This document shows positions 45,137 to 55,400 of a stretch of DNA of 64,000 nucleotides, piece by piece. The notes beneath the pieces were generated by a model. It searched no databases and was not told where the DNA came from. It worked only from the letters and a program-made list of their open reading frames with translations. The position numbers and the translations under genes were made by a program. The stretch comes from a virus (taxonomy: Duplodnaviria > Caudoviricetes), in IMG/VR virus record IMGVR_UViG_3300005611_000006, one strand, 5' to 3'. The number at the start of each line of letters is the position of its first letter. Within the stretch, counting starts at the first letter, position 1.

Positions 45137-45901
45137 ATGGCAAAAGGATTTAGAGTTAAAGCAAAAGCACCAACAACTAAAGAAGAGAAAGAAGATAGTC
45201 TATTTGATATTAACGAATGTAAAGAGAGAATTCGCGGAAAGAGTATTGTATTTTGTCTTCCAGGTAGGGGAGTTTCTTATAGGTATTTGAAGAGTTTTGT
45301 GCAGTTGTGTTTCGACCTAGTTCAAGCAGGGGCAAGCATTCAGATCAGTCAGGACTATTCAAGTATGGTCAATTTCGCTCGATGCAAGTGCCTAGGGGCA
45401 AATGTATTGAAAGGACCTGACCAAATTCCCTGGGATGGAAAGTTGAAGTATGACTATCAGCTTTGGATTGATTCTGATATTGTGTTTAACTCGGATGCAT
45501 TCTGGGCAGTATTTGCGATGGACAAAGATATTGCTTGTGGGTGGTATGCAACTGAAGATGGAAAAACCACAAGTGTCGCGCATTGGCTTGAGGAGGATGA
45601 CTTCAAGAACAATGGAGGAGTAATGAACCATGAGATGGTTGATACGATTGGGCAACGTAAGAAGCCTTTTACAGTTGACTACACAGGATTTGGTTGGACA
45701 TTGATCAAGCACGGCGTGTTTGAGCATCCTGAAATGAAGTATCCTTGGTTTGCCCCTCAGATGCAAGTCTTCGACTCTGGAGAGGTTCAGGATATGTGTG
45801 GAGAGGATGTTTCATTCTGTCTCGATGCTAAGAAGGCTGGTTTTGAGATCTGGTGTCATCCACAGGTCAGAGTTGGTCACGAAAAAATGAGAGTAATCTA
45901 A
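45137..45901 (+). CDS. Conserved cyanophage protein, GT-A glycosyltransferase-like
   Basis: MAKGFRVKA..VNFARCKCLGA..LWIDSDIVF (DxD motif)..GEDVSFC..RVGHEK. Confidence 0.8.
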   Translation: MAKGFRVKAKAPTTKEEKEDSLFDINECKERIRGKSIVFCLPGRGVSYRYLKSFVQLCFDLVQAGASIQISQDYSSMVNFARCKCLGANVLKGPDQIPWDGKLKYDYQLWIDSDIVFNSDAFWAVFAMDKDIACGWYATEDGKTTSVAHWLEEDDFKNNGGVMNHEMVDTIGQRKKPFTVDYTGFGWTLIKHGVFEHPEMKYPWFAPQMQVFDSGEVQDMCGEDVSFCLDAKKAGFEIWCHPQVRVGHEKMRVI

Positions 45902-46509
45902 TGATTTTAACTGATGATGTCATTTGGAAACATTGTCATTTAAAAGATCTTTGGATATTTGATAAATTAATTTTAAGTCAGGTTTTGGGATATCGCTGTG
46001 GACCAGTTGGTCTTCAGGTCCCAGAGCCTGATTTTTATTGTATTAGACCAATTACAAATGTACTTGGTATGGGAAGATATGCAAGAATTGAATGGATTCA
46101 GGATAGCACTGATCACTATCATCCAGGAGAGTTTTGGTGTGAGGTTTTTGAAGGAGAACATCTCAGTGTTGATTATTATCAGAAGCAATCTGTATTGGTC
46201 GTGAGAGGGGAAAGAGAAAAGAATGCTCCATTGTATCAGTGGAAGAAATGGGAGAGGTTAGAGAAGCAGGTAGAGTTCCCTCAGGTCCTAAATGAATTAT
46301 ATGATGATTATGAATGGATTAATTGTGAGTTTATTGGAGATAAACTAATTGAGGTTCATTTTCGTAGTAATCCAGATTTTGTTTACAATAATTCTGTTGC
46401 AATTCCTATTTGGGATGGCGCAGAAAATGAAATTAAAAATGAAGAAAATTATAAGTATATTACCTCTTCAGATTATCACCGAATAGGTTTCCTTATTGAC
46501 GAAAAATAA
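45901..46509 (+). CDS. Hypothetical protein, possibly ATP-grasp-like
   Basis: TAATG-coupled start at 45901; EVFEGEHLSVDY..INCEFIGDKLIEVHFRSNPDF. Confidence 0.7.
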   Translation: MILTDDVIWKHCHLKDLWIFDKLILSQVLGYRCGPVGLQVPEPDFYCIRPITNVLGMGRYARIEWIQDSTDHYHPGEFWCEVFEGEHLSVDYYQKQSVLVVRGEREKNAPLYQWKKWERLEKQVEFPQVLNELYDDYEWINCEFIGDKLIEVHFRSNPDFVYNNSVAIPIWDGAENEIKNEENYKYITSSDYHRIGFLIDEK

Positions 46510-46535
46510 ATATCATTTAGTTACATTTTCAGCAA

Positions 46536-46706
46536 ATGAAAACAGAAAAAATTAATATATACTGTCAGGGGAGAAAGATTTATACAGGTCTTTCTGAAGA
46601 ATCAATGTTCGAAGTTCTTGATGAATTAACTGAAGAATTTTATGCAACAGGGGTTCCCCTTCCTGAGGATATTATGGTAGAATATACAAGTACCACGGAA
46701 ACATAA
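46536..46706 (+). CDS. 56-aa cyanophage hypothetical protein
   Basis: MKTEKINIYCQGRKIYTGLSEESMFEVLDELTEEFYATG...; AATAAATA upstream. Confidence 0.7.
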   Translation: MKTEKINIYCQGRKIYTGLSEESMFEVLDELTEEFYATGVPLPEDIMVEYTSTTET

Positions 46707-46708
46707 TT

Positions 46709-46852
46709 ATGGCACTGCGTCCAGGTAAAAATGGAAAGGACACTATCGAAAGTCGTCCGAAAAAAACGAGACAGGGGAGTTCACAATATACGAAACTCTC
46801 TGCATCGTCTCGGAATGGAAGGCGAAAGCGTTATAGGGGTCAAGGTAAATAA
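46709..46852 (+). CDS. 47-aa basic cyanophage protein
   Basis: ..RPKKTRQGSSQYTKLSASSRNGRRKRYRGQGK*. Confidence 0.75.
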   Translation: MALRPGKNGKDTIESRPKKTRQGSSQYTKLSASSRNGRRKRYRGQGK

Positions 46853-46861
46853 TTCTTTAAA

Positions 46862-47073
46862 ACTATTTCTGACTTGAGAGTCTATGTCTTTTACGTACGT
46901 TAAATGTCAAATACTCTCAGAAAACTGAATAGCGTTAACTTAACGACGCTTTTAATTACAGTGATGGCATCTTCTGCCCTTATCAAAATGTCGGTAGCGT
47001 CATTATATCTTGAGGATTACTTTGATTGAATTCTCTCAGATTCCAAGAAGTCTCGTAAGAGGCTTCTTTTTTT
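46862..47073 (+). ncRNA. Candidate ~210-nt structured RNA with intrinsic terminator
   Basis: No credible ORF; four successive stem-loops, then AAGAAGTCTC-GTAA-GAGGCTTCTT and a T-run. Confidence 0.4.
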
Positions 47074-47115
47074 ATGCTTTGATTTTTATAAGAGTAATTA
47101 TATGCGGCGAGTTTG

Positions 47116-47162
47116 AACTCGCGTTTCTTTCAATAGGTATAACTCGCGTTTCTTTCAATAGG
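47116..47162 (+). repeat. 22-bp perfect direct repeat
   Basis: AACTCGCGTTTCTTTCAATAGG at 47116 and 47141. Confidence 0.9.
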
Positions 47163-47205
47163 AAAAATCACAATAAATACATATATAATTTTTGAGAAAG
47201 ACAAA

Positions 47206-47610
47206 GTGCCTCTCAATTCAGTATCAATAGGATTTAAAGATATTAGTTTATCTTTTTTAAGACATCCTGTAACAAATGACATTTCAACCTTAAGGGATGA
47301 GGATGCAATCAAAAAGTCAGTAATGAACTTGATTCGCACTCAAGTGGGAGAAAGATTTTTCAATTCACTTTTAGGATCAAATATTGAAGGATCTATATTT
47401 GAACTTGCAACAGATGATTTACTTGATCCATTACAAATTGAAATTGAAACTGTTATTAATAATTTTGAACCAAGAGTAGTATTAAGGAAGGTTGAAGTTA
47501 ATCCTCGACCAGACGAAAATGCATTAAATATTTCTATAAATTACGATATTGTTGGATTAGGTGCTCCTACACAATCAATTAACTTTGTATTACAACCAAC
47601 CCGATACTAA
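47206..47610 (+). CDS. gp25: Baseplate wedge subunit
   Basis: FKDISLSF.RHPVTNDI..AIKKSVMNLI.T..GERFFN..NFEPRV; GTG start. Confidence 0.92.
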   Translation: MPLNSVSIGFKDISLSFLRHPVTNDISTLRDEDAIKKSVMNLIRTQVGERFFNSLLGSNIEGSIFELATDDLLDPLQIEIETVINNFEPRVVLRKVEVNPRPDENALNISINYDIVGLGAPTQSINFVLQPTRY

Positions 47611-49493
47611 TGGCATTTACACAACTCACGAATTTAGACTTCGATCAAATTCGGGCATCAATTAAGGACTACTTAAGATCAAATTCAACATTTACAGATT
47701 TTGATTTTGAGGGATCGAACTTTTCAATCCTCATTGACATTCTGGCTTACAATACTTATTTGACTGCCTACAACACTAATATGGTGGCAAACGAGGCGTT
47801 TCTAGACTCCGCTACCATTCGTGAGAATGTAGTATCCCTTGCACGTAATATTGGGTATATTCCTTTATCTCGTAGGGCAGCAAGAGCAAGTATATCCTTC
47901 AGTGCATTTGATTTACCTGAATCTTCTTTAACAGCAACTCTTAAAGCAGGTATTATTTGTACTGGAAATTTAAATAATACAAGTTACATTTTCTCGATTC
48001 CTGAAGATATTCAGGTTGGAGTCGTAAATAATAGAGCAAATTTTTTAGATATTGAAATTTATGAAGGAACTTTAATTACAAAAAAGTTCATAGTCGATGA
48101 TTCTCAGCCAAATCAGAAATATATTTTACAAAATCCTTATATTGATACCTCTACAATTAGAGTTGAAGTTAAAAATACCTCTACTGATACTACTTCAGAG
48201 GAGTATACTGCAATAGATAATATCACAAATATCAATTCCGACTCTCAAATATTCTTAATCCAGGAAGTTTCTGACGAAAAGTATGAAATTTTCTTTGGAG
48301 ATGGTATTTTAGGAAAGAAATTAAGTAATAACAATGAAATTACTGTAACTTATATCGTTACAAATGGAAGATCTGGTAACGGAGCATCCAATTTTACGTT
48401 TTCCGGTGTAATTTTAGACAATAATTCCGCAAATATTACTCAAAATAGTGGATCTATCATTGTAAATGAGGCAGCATCTAACGGAGATGAGATACAGAGT
48501 GTTGAATCAGTGCGTTATTATGCACCAAGGCTCTATTCAACGCAGTATAGAGCAGTCACTGCTGCAGATTATGAAGCAATTCTACCATCAATATTCCCAA
48601 ATATTGAATCTGCCACAGCATATGGTGGTGAAGAGTTAGATAATCCAGAATATGGGAAGATTTTTCTTGCAATCAAACCTAAAAATTCAGAATATTTAAG
48701 TGAATACTCAAAAGATTTGATTCGTCAGTCTCTTAAACAGTATTCAGTTTCTGGAATGAGATTAGAGTTTGTTGATGTGAATGTACTTTATGTTGAATTA
48801 TACAGTACTTTCTATTACAATGCAAATTTAATTTCATCTTCATCAAATTTAAAGTCAAATGTTACAAAATCTTTAACAACATTTGCAAATTCTTCAGATT
48901 TAAATAAGTTTGGTGGAAGATTTAAGTATAGTAAAGCAGTTCGTATTATTGACGCAACAAATGAAGCAATTACATCAAATATTACAAAGGTAAGAATTCG
49001 TCGTAATATCCCAGTAACTTTAAATACTCCAACAAAATACTCAATTTGCTTTGAAAATGAATTTAATGTCTTAAATCAGAACCACAATATTCGTTCAACA
49101 GGATTTAAGGTTAACGGAATTAGTGAAACAGTTTATATCGGTGATCAACCAGATTCCAATCTATCTAAAGGAACTTTATTCTTATTTTCTTACGTTGAAG
49201 ATAAAGTTACCATTAAAGTTCAAAACGTTGGATCTATAAATTATACCACTGGAAAAATTGATATAGATAATATAAATGTAACTTCAACTATTTTACAAAA
49301 TAATATAATTGAAATTGATGCAATTCCACATTCAAACGATGTAATTGCTAAAAAATCAATCTATTTGAAATTGGACATCGGAAGAAGTATCATTAGTCCT
49401 GTTAAGGACATAATTTCATCAGGAGAAAATGTTTCCGGAAGTAGATTTACTCCAGAATCAAGTTATTTTTCAGACTCAAAGATAAGAATTTAA
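47610..49493 (+). CDS. gp6: Baseplate wedge protein
   Basis: LDFDQIRASIKDYLR..FTDFDFEGSNFSILIDILAYNTY..QYRAVTAADYE. Confidence 0.93.
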   Translation: MAFTQLTNLDFDQIRASIKDYLRSNSTFTDFDFEGSNFSILIDILAYNTYLTAYNTNMVANEAFLDSATIRENVVSLARNIGYIPLSRRAARASISFSAFDLPESSLTATLKAGIICTGNLNNTSYIFSIPEDIQVGVVNNRANFLDIEIYEGTLITKKFIVDDSQPNQKYILQNPYIDTSTIRVEVKNTSTDTTSEEYTAIDNITNINSDSQIFLIQEVSDEKYEIFFGDGILGKKLSNNNEITVTYIVTNGRSGNGASNFTFSGVILDNNSANITQNSGSIIVNEAASNGDEIQSVESVRYYAPRLYSTQYRAVTAADYEAILPSIFPNIESATAYGGEELDNPEYGKIFLAIKPKNSEYLSEYSKDLIRQSLKQYSVSGMRLEFVDVNVLYVELYSTFYYNANLISSSSNLKSNVTKSLTTFANSSDLNKFGGRFKYSKAVRIIDATNEAITSNITKVRIRRNIPVTLNTPTKYSICFENEFNVLNQNHNIRSTGFKVNGISETVYIGDQPDSNLSKGTLFLFSYVEDKVTIKVQNVGSINYTTGKIDIDNINVTSTILQNNIIEIDAIPHSNDVIAKKSIYLKLDIGRSIISPVKDIISSGENVSGSRFTPESSYFSDSKIRI

Positions 49494-49494
49494 A

Positions 49495-52400
49495 ATGAAT
49501 CAAGATAAAAAAGTAATTAAAATTAGTGATGTTGTTGAAAATCAAATTCCAGAATTTATTTTCACAGAGAATCCAAATTTTGCAGAATTTTTAAAGCAAT
49601 ATTACATATCACAAGAGTTTCAAGGTGGAACTGTAGATATTGCTGAAAACTTAATTGAGTATAAAAATTTTGATTCGTTTGATTCAAGTAATCTAATCAC
49701 AAAAACAACACTATCTTCTGATATTGATATTTTTGAAGAGACAATTCCTGTAGTATCTACTAAAGGTTGGCCAGAAAAGTATGGTCTTTTAAAAATTAAT
49801 GATGAGATTATAACTTATACTGGAATAACTACAAATTCTTTTACTGGTTGTGTAAGAGGATTTAGTGCAATTGAATCGATTGTAAAGGAAAATGATCCAG
49901 AGTATCTTGTATTTTCACAATCGGAATCAGATTTCCATAAAGATGGGGATTCTGTAGATAACTTAAGTAATTTATTCTTAATTGAATTTTTTAAAAAGAC
50001 TAAATCCCAGTTCATTCCTGGATTTGAAGACTTAAATTTTGATTCTAGAATTGATATTCCCAACTTTATTAGTAAAGCTAAAGACTTTTATCAGTCTAAA
50101 GGAACTGATGAATCCTTTGAAATTTTATTTAAAGTTCTTTTTGGAGAAAAAGTAGAAGTTATTAAACCAAAAGACTTTTTATTCGCTCCTTCAGATGACA
50201 AGTGGATTGTAGTTGAAAACTTTGTTTGCGATTTAGTTGAAGGAGATCCTTTAAAGTTAAATGGTCAAACTCTATATCAAGATAAAAATATTTCAGGATC
50301 AGTTTTAGAGTCTAATGGATCAATTTATTCTGTCAGTTCTTTAAATATTGGAGAAAATATTTTTTATAAAGTTAGTATATTTTCAGGATATTCTAATAAC
50401 TTAAATCCAAAAGGATCTATTTTTGGAGAATTTAAAACTACCCCAAAAACATATGTAGTTTCTGAAGTTTCTAGTAATAGCACTACAATTCCAGTTGTAT
50501 CTACAGTTGGATTTGATAGCAGTGGTAAGTTAATTATTGATGGGTCTGAGATAACTTATACGGATAAGACTTCAACAGAGTTCTTGAACTGCTCAGGAAT
50601 ACAAAGCGATATCAATTCTTCAACTAAAGTATATGCAGATAATTTTGTATATTCTTATGAAGATGGTAATATCAATTCTGTCGTCAAGTTAAGAATTATT
50701 AATACAGTTTCAAATATTGATTCAAGTGGTCTAGTTTTAATAAATGAAGGGGATAAAATTAATATTAAAAACTTAGGATCTACTGAAAAAAGTATATTTA
50801 CAGAATCATTAAATTATAATGTACCATCAATTATTTTTGCCGGAAAAGTTTTTCCTGCTGAAACAAATATAGGTTCATTAGATGAAGGGATTAGCATTAA
50901 TGGTTTTGTGAAAACTAAATATCCACATTACCTAAAAGAGGGTGATGCTGTTGAAGTTTATAATTCATCTAGAGGTGAAAAAATAACTAACTCTATTGTT
51001 AGTAATGTTAACTCTGAGAGATCTTTTACAATTAGTGATGCTCAAAATTTAAAAAATTATAAAAATAACCAAATAAAAATTAGAAGAATTCCGTTTAGAT
51101 CAAATTCTTCAATGTATCCTGAGATTAATGGCATTTTTGCAGTCAACATTCAAAATTCATATGAAGACTCAAATTGTTATTACGTTGAATCAAACGGGTT
51201 GCCAGATAATAACATTAAACCTTACAAGAAAGAATATTCATTCTCCTGTGATAATGATACATTAACTATTATATCTGATAGTAATAATGGATCAGAACAT
51301 TATTATGAAAATGGGGATGTTGTAAATATATCTAATATTGTTGGCGTATCTACTATATTATCTACCAATATTGATTATTATATCAAAAAATTAAATGTTG
51401 ATGAGGTAAAAATTGCTAGAAGTTTACTTGATGTAATACAAAATAATTTTATTACTCCTGATATTGAACAAGTTACTTTAACATCTAAGTCTTTATATGG
51501 AAAACAGTTTACTTCTTCAAAATCATTTAAAAAGATATTAAAAAATATTGATTACACTAAAACTGAAAAAACTACAAAACCGGGATCAATCGGAATTTTA
51601 GTTAATGGTGTTGAGATTCAAAATTATAAATCTTCGGATAAAGTTTATTTTGGAAATTTAGAAAATATAAAAGTTTTAAATTCCGGATCTGGATATGATT
51701 TATTGAATCCTCCTACGTTTGAGATTAACGATGGCACTGATACGACTTCATCAATCATTCCACAGATGGAAGGAATAGTTGAAAGTATTATTGTAAGTGA
51801 TCCTGGGTATGATTATGTAGAAACTCCAATAGTTACTATTAAGAATGGTAGCAACGAAGAGATTAAAACTGAAGTTAGAATGAAACTAATTTCAAGAGAA
51901 CTTGAGTTTAATGCCGCTAATTCTGATATAGTTGCTACTTTAGATATAGAAGAAAAGTTTATATTTACAGAACCCCACAGATTAATTGTTGGTGATGGAG
52001 TAATATATGATTCTTCTTCAGGAACTAAAATTGGAATAGGAACTCAAGTTTCTGATGGAACATTATTAGATGACTCTGTTTATTTTGTTTCTTCTATTGG
52101 TGCTGGAACTTCTTTTAGATTAGCACCAACATATAATGATGCTATAAATGAAACGAATTTAATTAAATTAAGAACTCTTGGAACTGGAATTCAGAAATTT
52201 ACTTCAGTTAAAAAAGTCAAAGTTATAGATTCCGTCAACATAACTGATAGTAATCCGGTATTAAAATATAAAAAAGTTGTAGCGAGAGAAGATGATATCA
52301 ACAAATATGATAACATTATAAACATTAAAAACCATGGATTTTTATCCGGAGATGAAATTTCATATTCATATTCTAGTGGTAGTGGTTTAGATGGTCTTTT

Positions 52401-55400
52401 AGTATCACAATATTATTATATTGTTAAAATTGATGATAATAGTTTTAAATTATCATCAACAAAAAATTTAAACAATATTGTAGATTTTGACCTAATTGAC
52501 AGTTCAGTTCACATCTTTGAATATTCTCCAATAAGAGTAGATATTTTAGGATCGTTAACAATTTCTGGAATTTCTACAATAGGAACTTCTGCAGTATTAA
52601 CCCCAGTAGTTAGAGGATCGATTAATGATATAAAAATTGAAGAATCTGATCCTGAATATAATTCAAACTATACTGCATATCTTAACTATAACCTTAACCC
52701 GACAATTAGAGTTGTTAATGGAAAAGGTGCATTTCTACAACCAGTAATTACTAATGGTAAAATCACTAATGTAATTATTTTGAGCCAAGGTGAAAACTAC
52801 TTTAATTCACTGGAAATTGATGTTATTGGAGTAGGTAATGGAGCAAAGTTATCTCCAGTAGTTGTTAATGGTAGAATTACCAGTGTAAACATTATAAACA
52901 AAGGTATTGGATATGACTCAAACACAACAATTAAAATTAGAACTATAGGATCCAACTTTAGTGCGATAGGTGAAATTAAAAGTTATACTTTAAATGAAGT
53001 TGATAGATATCCAAATTCTATACTAAAGAGAGGTATTATTGTTAATGATGTTTACCACCCTGATCAAAACATATATGGAGTTTATAAGTTAACAGATACT
53101 TTAGAATCTTTATTAAATTTAAATGATGCAAATAGACATTCTCCGATAATTGGATGGGCATATGATGGTTGTCCAATTTACGGACCTTATGCGTATGAAA
53201 ATCCTGATGGTACTGGTAATATTATTGAAATGACCAGTAGTTATAAAAAATCTAAAGTAGGAGATATTCCTTTAGGTCTCATAGAAGATTATTCTTATAT
53301 TCAAAATCGTGGTTCTTTAGATAAGCATAATGGAAGATACTGCATTACTCCAGAGTATCCAAATGGAGTTTATGCATATTTTGCAACTTCAAAATTTCCT
53401 TATTTTATAGGAGATACATATAAGTTCACTCCATTACCAGAAAATTTTGATTTCCATCATACTCAAAATTTAAACTATAATCAATTAGATATTGTTAAAA
53501 ATACTTTACCGTACTACGTTGAAGATGAATTAAATTACTATGATTATTTTGATTATAGACCAAATCCCGAAAAGGAAGAAGCATTTGTACTAAAAAGTTT
53601 ATCAGGAGATATTGATAGTATTGATGTGGTAGATTCTGGTGAAGGTTATTCTATAGGGAGCAAATTAATATTTGATAATACTGGTACAGGTGGATATGGT
53701 GCATCAGCAGAAATTACTGAACTTTCTGGAGTTGGTATCTCATCTATAGAATCTACTACTAAAACAATTCAAAATATAACATTCATTTCAGATAATAATA
53801 CTATTATAGGAGTTGCTACAACTGCACATAATTTCAAAGATGAGTATTTTATAAAAATCTCAGGAATTACAAGCACTACTTTTATATCTTTAAATGGAGT
53901 TAAAAAGATAAATGTTGATGAGATTGTAACAAATCTAGAAGATGCTTTAGATTCTGAGTCTGTAACTGGAATTACAACTTCAATTAAGATTAAAGATTCT
54001 ATAACAATTTTTGATATAGATTCTAAAATAAGAATTTCTAATGAGAATGCAACTGTTATTGGTCTTGACTACTTAAATAATAGAATTAATATCTTAAGAG
54101 AATCTTCATCTCCATCATATGCAGTTGACGAATATGTTTATTTAAATCAAAATAAATTTTATTTTGAAGAAAATAAATCTTTAGATCTCCCAGAAGCAAA
54201 TGTATCATATTATTTTGATTCTAATCTTGTATCTATTGGAATAGATACCTCTGTAGGAGCAGGAAATACTATTACTTCATATCCACTTGGAGTTGGAGTT
54301 TCGCAAACGAAGTACATTAGAACAGCAGGAATCTGGATGCCCAATCACAGATTTAAATCTGGTGAATCTGTATCTTATTCTAATGATAGTGCATTTTTAA
54401 ATGTACAAACAAGTTTAAGTAGTCAGTTCTTATCGGATTTTTCTAATTTATACATTGTAGACTTTGGAAATGATGTAGTTGGATTAACTACTATTCAAAA
54501 TGAGTTTAGTGGATTGTTATATTATACCAGTGCTGGAACAGGAAGACTCCACAAACTAAAAACAAATAGAAATATAATTTCTGGTCAAGCGATATTTAAT
54601 GAAACTATTGTTTCAACAGCATCTTCTCACGGGTTAGATGTTGGTGACAAAGTAAAGTTAAATGTTACTTCTGGTTTAACTACAAATTATACTGTAACAT
54701 ATAGTTCGGGAAATGCAAAACTAAGAATTGATGGTGATAATAATCCAGAAATAAATGTTTACAGAAATCAAAAAGTTGTATTTGATACTTCTGCATCATC
54801 ATTAAATAGAACTCATTTTAAACTGTATACAGATAGTGATTATAAAAATGAATATATTGGAACTGGAAATTCTGGAGTTGAAGTTGTAGTTGGAGTTAAC
54901 TCTGTAACTTTAAATATTCAAGATACAACTTTATCAACTCTTTATTATAATATTGAATCCACATCTAAAAAAGTATTTGATGATGAAACAGTTTTTAATC
55001 ACAATAGAATAAATGTTAAACAAAGTCTTTATAATATTACTAGTGGAATCGTTACTAATACAAATGAATCTTTTACAGTTAATTTACCATATTCTCCAGA
55101 AGAAAATAATTATAGTTCATCTGATTCTAATAAAATTTCTTATACAGTTAGAGAATCTGATGTTTTAGGTCCAATTTCTGAAGTAAAAGTAACTTCTAAG
55201 GGAGTTGATTATAAAAAAATTCCATCTATTAAGAGTGTAGAAGGTGATGGTAAAGATGCCGTACTAATTCCTATAACTAAAAACATTGGAAGAGTATCTG
55301 AAATAGGTCCTTTAGCAGTTAATATATGTCCTTCTGATAAAACTTTAGTTCCAACTTCAAATTTATATTCAGTTCTATATTTAAAAAATAACTATAAAGT

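Noticed and set aside
46862-47073. tmRNA or 6S RNA
   Set aside because: No tRNA-Ala-like acceptor or T arm, no tag ORF ending in Ala-Ala, and no single long rod with a central bubble.
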